In this document: positions 9,311 to 17,822 of the stretch, one piece after another
Numbering within the stretch: position 1 is the stretch's first letter
How the letters are laid out: each line of letters begins with the position of its first letter
NCBI GenBank assembly: GCA_964459735.1
Contig: CAYWNX010000001.1
Location: 1-32,194 of the forward strand
Reading direction: 5' to 3'
DNA from: an uncultured Dechloromonas sp.
GTDB lineage: Bacteria > Pseudomonadota > Gammaproteobacteria > Burkholderiales > Rhodocyclaceae
Length of the DNA: 32,194 bases
The notes under the pieces: generated by a model
The model's input: the letters and a program-made list of their open reading frames with translations, nothing else
Told to the model about the DNA's origin: nothing
Databases searched by the model: none
Position numbers and translations under genes: made by a program

Positions 9311-9592
9311 GTGAATTCGTTGCGCCATCTCCTTCTTGTTGCCGTTCTCCTCTTCGCCCAACTGGCGGCGGGGGTGCATGCCGTCGGGCATGCGGCGGAC
9401 AACGAGCCGGGCTTGCCAACGCATGCCTGCGAGCTTTGTCTGGCCGCGCACGACCTCGGTTCGGCGTTGCACTCGCTGGCGGCCTTGCCGCCGGTGGCAC
9501 TTGCCGTGCTGGTGCCTGAGTCGCTGCAATCGCACGACCGCAGCGCTTTACCACCCCCCGCCGCACCGCAGCGCGGCCCGCCTAACGCCTGA
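9311..9592 (+). CDS. DUF2946/CruR-like leader (uORF) peptide with His/CxxC motif and C-terminal RGPP
   Basis: 93 aa: hydrophobic signal-like N-terminus, HAVGH, HACELCLAAH, Pro-rich linker and QRGPPNA*. Lies directly upstream of a metal-uptake operon. Confidence 0.8.
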   Translation: MNSLRHLLLVAVLLFAQLAAGVHAVGHAADNEPGLPTHACELCLAAHDLGSALHSLAALPPVALAVLVPESLQSHDRSALPPPAAPQRGPPNA

Positions 9593-9659
9593 AAACGCCC
9601 TATTTTTGTTGTCGACCGCAGCATTTTGCTGCCGCTGACGTTCGTTGCGTTTTCAGGAG
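9588..9659 (+). promoter_or_regulatory. SD-sequestering hairpin (putative translational attenuator)
   Basis: CCTGAAAACGC (9588-9598, contains the uORF stop) is the exact reverse complement of GCGTTTTCAGG (9647-9657, overlaps AGGAG SD 9655-9659). Inner hairpin GCAGCA-TTT-TGCTGC at 9618-9632. Confidence 0.72.
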
Positions 9660-9665
9660 AATTCC

Positions 9666-11087
9666 ATGTTGCCCAAGCCATTTGCCTTGGCTGCGCTGCT
9701 TGCCGCCTCGTGCGGCGCGCAGGCGGCCGGTGATGCCGATCTTGCCGCCATCCGCAGACAGATCGATGAGATGAAAAAGACCGACGAGCAGCGGATTGCC
9801 GCGCTCGAACAGAAACTGCTGCAGGCTGAAGCACAAACCAGAGAAAGCAAACCGTCAGAGCCGGTGCCGGTTGCCGAAAATCGCGCTGTTGCGCCGTTGA
9901 CCGCAAGCGCCAGCGGCTTCAACCCCGAGGTTTCGCTGATTCTGCAGGGGCAGTACAAAAACATGAAGGATGTGGCCGAACGCGGTATTACCGGTTTCGT
10001 CCCGGCCGGCGGCCACGACCACGGTGAAGGCAGTATTGAAGGCATCAACAAGCGGGGTTTCTCGGTTGATCACACCGAACTGGTGCTGGCCGCCAATATT
10101 GATCCCAATTGGCGCGGTCAGGCGATCATTGCGGTGCTGGATGACTCGGCGGAAGTCGAGGAGGCATGGTTCCAGTCGCTCGGCCTGGGTCAGGGTATCG
10201 GGCTGAAGGGCGGCCGCTTCCGCTCGGGTATCGGCTACCTTAACGAGCAACACCCGCATATGTGGGATTTTGCCGATGCGCCGCTGATGTATCAGGTGAT
10301 GTTCGGGACGCACGGCAGTTACGCCCAGGATGGGGTGCAGCTCAAATGGCTGGCCCCGACGCCGGTTTTTCTGGAATTCGGTGCCGAGTTCGGGCGTGGC
10401 GCCAATTTCCCCGGGACTGACCGCAACAAGAATGGCACAGGCGGCGGGGCCTTGTTCGCACATCTCGGCGGCGATGTCGGTGTCGCGCATAACTGGCGAG
10501 CCGGCATTTCGTACCTGAAGACGTCGGCGCAGGAGCGTGAGGCGCATTTCGAGGATGTAAACGGCGTTGAAGCGCAGGGTGCCTTTGGCGGCGACTCGAC
10601 GACATGGGTGGCCGATTTTGTCTGGAAATGGGCGCCGAACGGCAACCCGAAATATCAGAACTTCAAGTTCCAGAGCGAGTACTTTGCCCGCAAGGAAAGC
10701 GGCTCACTGACTTGCATGGATGAAGAAAATGCCGGCAATGCCTGCAACCCGAACCTGGACGGCAGCTCAGTAACCAGCCACTACCTGACGCGCCAGTCCG
10801 GCTGGTATGCCCAGGGCGTCTTCCAGTTCACGCCCAACTGGCGCGGCGGTCTGCGCTATGAGCAACTCGACAGCGGCAGGCGTGATTTCGGCGAAAATGC
10901 CAACTACCTTGTCGTTGATAGCTATCGCCCCAAAAAGGCGAGTGCGATGATCGACTACAGCTGGAGCGAGTTTTCGCGCGTCCGCCTGCAATTCGCGCAG
11001 GACAAGTCGATGCTCGGTATTACCGACAATCAGCTTACTGTCCAATACGTCATGAGCTTGGGCGCCCATGGCGCGCACAAGTTCTAG
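9666..11087 (+). CDS. Outer-membrane beta-barrel, putative metal-uptake porin/receptor
   Basis: AGGAG RBS before ATG 9666; signal peptide (AQA), coiled coil, FNPEVSLILQG, His loop GGHDHGEG, alternating beta-strands and C-terminal SLGAHGAHKF ending in Phe. Confidence 0.8.
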   Translation: MLPKPFALAALLAASCGAQAAGDADLAAIRRQIDEMKKTDEQRIAALEQKLLQAEAQTRESKPSEPVPVAENRAVAPLTASASGFNPEVSLILQGQYKNMKDVAERGITGFVPAGGHDHGEGSIEGINKRGFSVDHTELVLAANIDPNWRGQAIIAVLDDSAEVEEAWFQSLGLGQGIGLKGGRFRSGIGYLNEQHPHMWDFADAPLMYQVMFGTHGSYAQDGVQLKWLAPTPVFLEFGAEFGRGANFPGTDRNKNGTGGGALFAHLGGDVGVAHNWRAGISYLKTSAQEREAHFEDVNGVEAQGAFGGDSTTWVADFVWKWAPNGNPKYQNFKFQSEYFARKESGSLTCMDEENAGNACNPNLDGSSVTSHYLTRQSGWYAQGVFQFTPNWRGGLRYEQLDSGRRDFGENANYLVVDSYRPKKASAMIDYSWSEFSRVRLQFAQDKSMLGITDNQLTVQYVMSLGAHGAHKF

Positions 11088-11098
11088 GGAGCCGGCCA

Positions 11099-11995
11099 AT
11101 GAAAAAACAGATATCCGCTTTGTTGTTGGCGCTGGCCGTCTTGCCGGCCTGGGCCAATCTCAACGTCTTTGCCACGGTGCCCGAATGGGGGGCGCTGGCC
11201 AAGGAAATCGGCGGCGAGCAGGTGACGGTCTACACCGCGACCACTGCTTTCCAGGACCTGCACCGGATCGAAGCCAGGCCCTCGCTGCTCGCCCAGGCGC
11301 GCCGGGCGCAACTGATCGTCGCGGCCGGGGCTGATCTGGAAATCGGCTGGCTGCCACTGGTCGTCCGCGATTCGGGAAATTCGGCCATTCAGGCCGGTCG
11401 ACCGGGGTATTTCGAGGCGGCCAGCTACGTCAATCGCCTCGACGTGCCGACGGTGCTCGACCGGGCTCACGGTGACGTGCACGCGGCTGGCAATCCCCAT
11501 ACCCACCTCAACCCGCACAACGTGCTGAAAGTCGGCGAAGCCCTGGCGACGCGAATGGCCGAACTCGATGCCAACAATGCCACGGTCTATCAGAGCGGCT
11601 TCAAGACCTTTGCCGGCAAGTGGCAGGTGGCGATGGCGCGTTGGGAGAAAGAGGGCGCACCGTTGCGCGGGGTGCCGGTGCTGGTCCATCACTCGTCCTT
11701 CGTTTACCTGACGCACTGGCTGGGCATGAAGGAGGTTGGGTCGCTTGAGCCAAAGCCCGGCGTCGAGCCGAGTAGCGGTCATCTGAGCAGCCTGTTGAGC
11801 CAGCAGCAAACGACACCGGCCAGAATGGTCTTGCGCGCCGCCTACAACCCGGAAGGTCCGAGTCAGTGGATCGCCGGCAAGACCGGCATCCCGGCGGTGC
11901 TGCTGCCTTATACGGTGGGTGGCACGGCCGAGGCGAAAGACCTGTTCGGTTTGTTTGATGACACGCTGCAACGCTTGTTGAAAGGCTTACGTTGA
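11099..11995 (+). CDS. Metal ABC transporter substrate-binding protein (cluster A-I, ZnuA/TroA-like)
   Basis: Signal peptide, QDLH, GADLEIGWL, HGDVHAAGNPH, HHSSFVYL and LEPKPGVEPS. Confidence 0.9.
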   Translation: MKKQISALLLALAVLPAWANLNVFATVPEWGALAKEIGGEQVTVYTATTAFQDLHRIEARPSLLAQARRAQLIVAAGADLEIGWLPLVVRDSGNSAIQAGRPGYFEAASYVNRLDVPTVLDRAHGDVHAAGNPHTHLNPHNVLKVGEALATRMAELDANNATVYQSGFKTFAGKWQVAMARWEKEGAPLRGVPVLVHHSSFVYLTHWLGMKEVGSLEPKPGVEPSSGHLSSLLSQQQTTPARMVLRAAYNPEGPSQWIAGKTGIPAVLLPYTVGGTAEAKDLFGLFDDTLQRLLKGLR

Positions 11996-12570
11996 GTTTT
12001 TTGTTGACCATTGAGCAGTTGGTAGCCGGCTGGCAGCAGCCGGCCACCCAGCCTTTCGACCTGACGCTCGCGGCGGGTGAAATTGTCGGCCTGACCGGCC
12101 CCAATGGCGTTGGCAAAAGCACGCTGCTTGCCGCCATGGCTGGGCGGGCAAGGGTTTTTTCCGGACGGATCGAACAGCAACCGGGTTTGCGCCTGGCCTT
12201 GCAGACACAGGATGTCCCGCCGGTCGATGGCCTGCCGCTTTCCGGCCGTGAATTGCTGGCCTTGACCGGCGCCAGCGCCGAAGGTTTGCCGCCCTGGCTG
12301 GCCGAGCGCATCGATATCCGCCTGGATCGCCTTTCCGGTGGCCAGCGTCACTATCTCGCGTTGTGGGCAATTTTGCAGGCGCCGGCCGATCTGGTGCTGC
12401 TCGATGAGCCGACCAATAATCTCGATGCCGCCGGCGTGGCACACCTGACGGCGCATCTGCGCGAAAGGGCGGAAGCGGGGGCGGGCATGATTGTCGTCAG
12501 CCACGATGCCGCCTTTGTCGAAGGTGTCTGTGATCGTGTTCTGGTGCTGGAGGCTGGCGATGTGGAGTGA
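11992..12570 (+). CDS. ABC transporter ATP-binding protein (ZnuC-like, short)
   Basis: Walker A GPNGVGKST, signature LSGGQ, Walker B LVLLDEP and H-loop VSHD; TTG start overlapping the upstream stop. Confidence 0.88.
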   Translation: MSFLLTIEQLVAGWQQPATQPFDLTLAAGEIVGLTGPNGVGKSTLLAAMAGRARVFSGRIEQQPGLRLALQTQDVPPVDGLPLSGRELLALTGASAEGLPPWLAERIDIRLDRLSGGQRHYLALWAILQAPADLVLLDEPTNNLDAAGVAHLTAHLRERAEAGAGMIVVSHDAAFVEGVCDRVLVLEAGDVE

Positions 12571-13324
12571 ACTTTTTCTCGTGCCATTCCTGACCGGCCT
12601 TTGTCTGGCCATTTTGTTGCCGCTGCTTGGTTGCTACCTGCGGCTGCGTGACGAATGGTTGGCGGCACTGGCCTATTCCCATGTTGCGGCCGCCGGTGCC
12701 TTGCTGGCGCTGGTAAGCGCCATGCCTCCCGCTTTGGGCGGGATTGCGGCCGCCGGTCTGGCGGGCGCGGGCAAGCGATTTTTCGCCCACAAACTGGCTG
12801 GTGGCGCCAGTTATGCCTTGCTGCTGCTTGGTGGCTGGGCGGTGGCGGTGTTGTTGGCCGCCAATCATCCGATGGCCGAACGCCTTGGTCATGCCTTGTT
12901 CGACGGTCAACTCTATTTTTCCGGCAGCGAACAACTCTGGCTGGTCGCAATTTGTAGTTTTGTTGCCCTGCTGCTGCTGCGCCTTCTCGCCAAAAATTTG
13001 CTGCTGGCGCATGTTTATCCTGATTTTTTCCGCATTCGCGGTCTGCTCGCCTGGCCGACACAGAGTGGTTTTGATCTGCTCGCCGCCCTGGTGCTGGCCT
13101 TGGCCACCATGAGCATGGGCGTCATGGGTGCCTTTGCCCTCGTCTTCATTCCGCCCTGGCTGGCTTTCCGGCGGGCGCCTGACTGGCGGGCCGGTTTGTG
13201 GCTGGCACTGGCAATCGGTCTGCTTGCCTACATCGCCGCCTTTCTGCTCGCGCTTGGCCTGGATCAACCGTTTGGACCGGTGCTGGCGCTGGTTTTGATT
13301 GTTGTCGGTCTGGTCATTGCATGA
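12560..13324 (+). CDS. Metal ABC transporter permease (ABC-3/ZnuB-like)
   Basis: ATG 12560 with GGAGG upstream; highly hydrophobic; LGCYLRLR..LAALAYSHVAAAG, LFDGQLYF and LDQPFGPV. Confidence 0.85.
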   Translation: MWSELFLVPFLTGLCLAILLPLLGCYLRLRDEWLAALAYSHVAAAGALLALVSAMPPALGGIAAAGLAGAGKRFFAHKLAGGASYALLLLGGWAVAVLLAANHPMAERLGHALFDGQLYFSGSEQLWLVAICSFVALLLLRLLAKNLLLAHVYPDFFRIRGLLAWPTQSGFDLLAALVLALATMSMGVMGAFALVFIPPWLAFRRAPDWRAGLWLALAIGLLAYIAAFLLALGLDQPFGPVLALVLIVVGLVIA

Positions 13325-13369
13325 GCCGGGACGGCGTGCTAAAACGCTTCCTCTGTACGCGGAGTGCTT

Positions 13370-14680
13370 ATGGTTTTTTCCTTTTTCAAGAAGCAGCCCC
13401 AGAAGATGCCGGAGCGTCCGGCGGCCCGCCCGCGCCCTCCGGAGCCGCGGCCTGAGGTTCTGGCGCCTAAACCGCTGATTGTCGAAGTCGAGCCGTTGGC
13501 CGAGCCTTTGCCGGATCTCGAATTCACCTCAAGCAGCCCGACGTCGGCCTTGTCGGTGGCGAAAAAAATCGATTCCGTTTCACCTGCAACGCCGTTCAAG
13601 GCGCCCGCCGAGCTTGCCGACCTTGATTTTTCCGTCGATGACTTTGACCGCGACTTTACCGAATCCAGCGTCATGGCGATTGATGTTGAAGACGGCGGTG
13701 ATCCGGTGCAGGCGGATATTGAGCAGGTCGTCGTGATGTTTGCCAACAATCAAGACTCCGGTGCCCGGGCACTGCTGGAAATGCTTATCAGGGCGCATCC
13801 GGTCAGTGAAGGGCGGCGTTTCTGGACCCTGCTTTTTGATTTGCTGCAGATTACCGGTGATCGTGCGGCCTTCGAGAAACTGAGCCTCGAATTTACCGAG
13901 ACCTGTGAAATCTCTCCGCCATCCTGGCAACAAGAGCAGCCATTGGCGGTCAGCAATGGCAATGGTGTCGGCTCCAGGGTTTTTGTGCTGCAGGGGGTGT
14001 TGACCGCAGACGGTGCCCAGCCGGTGGCTGAGTTGGCCAAACTACTCAGCCAGCCGGGGACCGGGAAGCAGGAAATCACGGTGGATTGCGGCAAGCTGAT
14101 TGGCTGTGATGACGAAGTGGCTGGCCAACTGGCCGAACTGCTCAGCCAGGCCCGGCGTCGTGGCCCGGTGGTGATGCTTGAAAATGTCGAGGGTTTGCTC
14201 GGCCGGCTCAGCGAACGCCTGATCGTTGGTGAGGTCACGCACGCACCGGCCTGGCTGCTTTTGCTGGAGTTGCTGCAGCGCCATTCAACGCAGGATGTTT
14301 TTGAGGAGCGGGCGGTCGATTACGCCGTCACTTTTGAACTGTCACCGCCGTCGTGGGAAAGCTTGCCCGGTACTGTCGCTAAATCGACCACAAATCCCGG
14401 TCGACCGCAGGATGACGCCTACTATTTTTCCGGTGAGCTAAAAAACTCGCATTTCGACGAACTGGTTGAAGTCTTCAAGCTGATAGATCAGCCGGTTCTC
14501 GACTTTTCCGGTGTTCGCCGGATGGACTTCTTCTCGGCCGGGCAACTGGTCAATCGGTTAGCGCCTTACAAGGCTGCAGGGCGGGAGATTGTCATTCGCA
14601 GCCCGAACCATCTGGTGGCTGAACTGATGGCCGTCGTCGGCCTCAACAAACAGGCACGTATCATCGTTCCCAAGTCATAA
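13370..14680 (+). CDS. STAS-domain protein with duplicated helical/STAS architecture
   Basis: GGAG RBS before ATG 13370; C-terminal STAS-like YFSGEL..VLDFSGVRRMDFFSAGQLVNRL..LVAELMAVVGL; a second STAS-like segment centrally. Confidence 0.75.
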   Translation: MVFSFFKKQPQKMPERPAARPRPPEPRPEVLAPKPLIVEVEPLAEPLPDLEFTSSSPTSALSVAKKIDSVSPATPFKAPAELADLDFSVDDFDRDFTESSVMAIDVEDGGDPVQADIEQVVVMFANNQDSGARALLEMLIRAHPVSEGRRFWTLLFDLLQITGDRAAFEKLSLEFTETCEISPPSWQQEQPLAVSNGNGVGSRVFVLQGVLTADGAQPVAELAKLLSQPGTGKQEITVDCGKLIGCDDEVAGQLAELLSQARRRGPVVMLENVEGLLGRLSERLIVGEVTHAPAWLLLLELLQRHSTQDVFEERAVDYAVTFELSPPSWESLPGTVAKSTTNPGRPQDDAYYFSGELKNSHFDELVEVFKLIDQPVLDFSGVRRMDFFSAGQLVNRLAPYKAAGREIVIRSPNHLVAELMAVVGLNKQARIIVPKS

Positions 14681-14696
14681 GCGTTAGGAAAAAATC

Positions 14697-15233
14697 ATGG
14701 AGCAATATCACGGCACGACAATTCTGTCGGTGCGGCGCGGCAACTCGGTCGCCATGGGTGGCGACGGACAGGTCACGCTGGGTAATGTCGTCATCAAGGC
14801 CACCGCCCGCAAAGTCCGGCGTCTGTATCAGGGACGTATTCTGGCCGGGTTTGCCGGCGGTACGGCCGATGCTTTTACGCTCTTTGAGCGTTTTGAATCG
14901 AAGCTGGAAAAGCACCAGGGCAATTTGATGCGTTCGGCTGTCGAACTCGCCAAGGACTGGCGTTCGGATCGCGCCCTGCGCCGGCTGGAGGCCATGCTTT
15001 CGGTCGCCGATCGCGAAAACTCGCTGGTGATTACCGGTAACGGCGACGTGCTGGAACCCGAATATGGCATTGTTGCCATTGGTTCCGGTGGCTCCTATGC
15101 CCAGAGTGCTGCCCGTGCACTGCTTGAGAATACCGAGCTGTCGCCGCTTGAAATCGTTACCAAGTCGCTGGAAATTGCTGGCGACATCTGTATTTACACC
15201 AACCGCAATTTCACGATCGAGGTTCTGGAATGA
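14697..15233 (+). CDS. hslV: ATP-dependent protease peptidase subunit HslV
   Basis: MEQYHG|TTILSVRR (N-terminal Thr nucleophile), [18 protein letters not shown] and AIGSGG. Confidence 0.98.
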   Translation: MEQYHGTTILSVRRGNSVAMGGDGQVTLGNVVIKATARKVRRLYQGRILAGFAGGTADAFTLFERFESKLEKHQGNLMRSAVELAKDWRSDRALRRLEAMLSVADRENSLVITGNGDVLEPEYGIVAIGSGGSYAQSAARALLENTELSPLEIVTKSLEIAGDICIYTNRNFTIEVLE

Positions 15234-16567
15234 CGGCAATGACCCCGCAGGAAATCGTCCACGAGCTGGACAAACACATCGTCGGCCAGAACAACGCCAA
15301 GAAGGCAGTCGCCATTGCACTGCGCAATCGCTGGCGGCGAGCGCAAGTGGCCGAGCCGCTGCGGCAGGAAATCACTCCGAAAAACATCCTGATGATCGGG
15401 CCGACCGGTGTCGGCAAGACGGAAATCGCCCGTCGGCTGGCTCGGCTGGCCAATGCGCCGTTCATCAAGATCGAAGCGACCAAGTTCACCGAGGTTGGTT
15501 ATGTTGGCCGCGATGTCGAGACGATCATCCGAGACCTGGTGGAAATCGCCATCAAGTCGCACCGCGAACGGGCGATGAAACAAATGCGAGCCCGGGCTGA
15601 GGATGCCGCCGAGGAGCGCGTTCTGGATGCCTTGTTGCCACCGGCCCGTGGCCCCGGTTTCTTTGCCGAAAATACGGGGGCGACGGAAGAGAGCGCGACG
15701 CGGCAGAAATTCCGCAAGAAGCTGCGCGAAGGAGAATTGAACGACAAGGAAATCGAGATCGAAGTCGCGGCGCCCGGCATGCAGGCCGAAATCTTTGCGC
15801 CGCCCGGCATGGAAGAATTGACCCAGCAGATTCAGGGGATGTTCCAGAACATCGGTGGAGGCAAGAAGAAAACCCGCAAGCTGAAAATTCCCGAAGCCTT
15901 GAAGTTGCTCACTGACGAGGAAGCCGCCAAGTTGGTCAATGACGAGGATGTGAAGCTCGAGTCGGTCAAGGCCGTCGAGCAAAATGGCATCGTTTTTCTC
16001 GATGAACTGGACAAGATCGCCAGCCGTTCGGAAATGCAGGGTGCCGATGTCTCGCGCCAGGGCGTGCAGCGCGACTTGCTGCCGCTGGTTGAAGGCACGA
16101 CAGTGTCCACCAAGTACGGCATGATCAAGACCGACCACATTTTGTTCATTGCCTCCGGTGCTTTTCATCTTTCCAAGCCCTCCGACCTGATTCCCGAATT
16201 GCAGGGCCGCTTCCCTATCCGTGTCGAACTGGACTCGCTATCGGTTGCCGATTTCGAATGCATCCTGACCCAGACCGATGCTTGTCTGACCCGGCAATAT
16301 CAGGCGCTGCTCGAAACCGAGGGGGTGCAGCTTGAGTTTGCGGCGGACGGTGTCCGGCGCCTGGCTGAAATTGCCTATCAGGTGAATGAGAAAACCGAAA
16401 ACATCGGCGCCCGTCGGCTGCATACGGTAATGGAAAAGCTGCTTGAGGAAATCTCCTTTGCGACTGGCAAGGCTGGGCAGGAGAAGTTGGTCATCGATGC
16501 CGCCTACGTCAATTTGCGACTGGGTGAACTGGCAGCCGACGAAGACTTGTCGCGTTACGTGCTGTGA
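15230..16567 (+). CDS. hslU: ATP-dependent protease ATPase subunit HslU
   Basis: [29 protein letters not shown] pore loop and [10 protein letters not shown]. Confidence 0.98.
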   Translation: MTAMTPQEIVHELDKHIVGQNNAKKAVAIALRNRWRRAQVAEPLRQEITPKNILMIGPTGVGKTEIARRLARLANAPFIKIEATKFTEVGYVGRDVETIIRDLVEIAIKSHRERAMKQMRARAEDAAEERVLDALLPPARGPGFFAENTGATEESATRQKFRKKLREGELNDKEIEIEVAAPGMQAEIFAPPGMEELTQQIQGMFQNIGGGKKKTRKLKIPEALKLLTDEEAAKLVNDEDVKLESVKAVEQNGIVFLDELDKIASRSEMQGADVSRQGVQRDLLPLVEGTTVSTKYGMIKTDHILFIASGAFHLSKPSDLIPELQGRFPIRVELDSLSVADFECILTQTDACLTRQYQALLETEGVQLEFAADGVRRLAEIAYQVNEKTENIGARRLHTVMEKLLEEISFATGKAGQEKLVIDAAYVNLRLGELAADEDLSRYVL

Positions 16568-17451
16568 CCGACGAAAGCCTCAGTTTCCGCCTGCTCGCCA
16601 TCCTCTTCCCGATTTTCGGGATTGTGGCGGCAGGTTATTTCTATGCCCGTCACCACAAGCCGGAAATGGCGGTGGCCAACCGGCTGAACATGGATATTTT
16701 CGTGCCGGCGCTGGTGTTCGCCGCGATGGCTGGCAAGTCATTCGATCTGGTTGCCTACGGGCCGCTGGCGCTCGGCGGTTTTCTCGTGCTGGCGATCTGC
16801 GGTCTGCTTACCTGGCCGATTGCCCGGTTGATCGGCGTGCAACCGAAGACGTTGGTGCCGCCGATGTTGTTCAACAACTCCGGCAACATCGGCCTGCCGC
16901 TCGCCGTGCTGGCTTGGGGCGAAGTGGCACTGCCGGCGGCGGTCATTCTCTTCATGGTCGAAAACACCCTGCACTTTTCCTTCGGTGCCCGTCTGCTTGA
17001 TCCGAAAACACGGCTATTGACCCTGTGGCGCATCCCCGTGGTTTTTGCCGCAATTGCCGGGTTGACCGTAGCAATCTTCAAAATTCCCATCTGGCAGCCT
17101 TTGGTGATCGCCATCAAGATGCTGGGTGACGTTTCGGTGCCCTTGCTGCTCTTTTCGCTCGGGGTGCGGATGACCGACGTGTCTTTTCGTGAATGGAAAG
17201 TGGCGACTGGTAGTGCCGTGCTGCGCCCGATCGCCGGTATGCTGATTGCCGCCGGAGTGATCCAGCTGCTCGGCATGCAAGGTCGCGAAGCAGCAATGTT
17301 GCTGGTCTTCGGTGCCTTGCCGCCGGCGGTGCTCAACTTCCTGTTTGCCGAACGCTACAAGCAGGAACCGGAGCGCGTCGCATCGATTGTGCTGATCGGC
17401 AATCTGGCGGCGCTGCTCTTTCTGCCGCTGGCGCTAGCCTGGGTACTATGA
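16564..17451 (+). CDS. AEC (auxin efflux carrier) family transporter
   Basis: About 10 TM segments; [26 protein letters not shown] and [14 protein letters not shown]. Confidence 0.87.
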   Translation: MTDESLSFRLLAILFPIFGIVAAGYFYARHHKPEMAVANRLNMDIFVPALVFAAMAGKSFDLVAYGPLALGGFLVLAICGLLTWPIARLIGVQPKTLVPPMLFNNSGNIGLPLAVLAWGEVALPAAVILFMVENTLHFSFGARLLDPKTRLLTLWRIPVVFAAIAGLTVAIFKIPIWQPLVIAIKMLGDVSVPLLLFSLGVRMTDVSFREWKVATGSAVLRPIAGMLIAAGVIQLLGMQGREAAMLLVFGALPPAVLNFLFAERYKQEPERVASIVLIGNLAALLFLPLALAWVL

Positions 17452-17814
17452 GTTGCCGTAACGGTTGATTTGTCGGCGGTCGCGCTTGGTCGGGCGACCG
17501 TGCAAATCAGCGGCCGGGTCAACGACCAGCTTGCGGGTTTCCCGTTGTATTTCACGGGCCGCAATGCTTGCCGGGCTTTCTTCATAGAGTAGTCGCGCTT
17601 CGGGGGCTGGGCCGCGTTTGTCCGAGAGGGCGCGAACACTCACCTCCCAGCGAACTTCGCTGTTACTGATTTCCAGACGGTCGTCGACTTTGACCTCACG
17701 TGAAACCTTGACGCGGCTGCCATTGAGCTGCACCTTGCCACCGGTGATTGCGTCAGTGGCGAGCGTGCGCGTCTTGAAAAAACGCGCCGCCCATAGCCAT
17801 TTATCAAGGCGCAC
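17446..17814 (-). CDS. hslR: Ribosome-associated heat shock protein Hsp15 (S4 domain)
   Basis: RLDKWLWAARFFKTR, KRGPAPEARLLYEES and GRPTKRDRR. Confidence 0.93.
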   Translation of the reverse strand: MRLDKWLWAARFFKTRTLATDAITGGKVQLNGSRVKVSREVKVDDRLEISNSEVRWEVSVRALSDKRGPAPEARLLYEESPASIAAREIQRETRKLVVDPAADLHGRPTKRDRRQINRYGNS

Positions 17815-17822
17815 GGCGGCGC

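Noticed and set aside
7791-9595. 12-nt direct repeat AACGCCTGAAAA at 7791-7802 and 9584-9595
   Set aside because: Short; the second copy is explained by the uORF end and attenuator stem; no evidence of an insertion boundary.
13325-14696. Sigma32 promoter for hslVU
   Set aside because: No convincing CTTGAA...CCCCAT match found by eye in the intergenic gaps.
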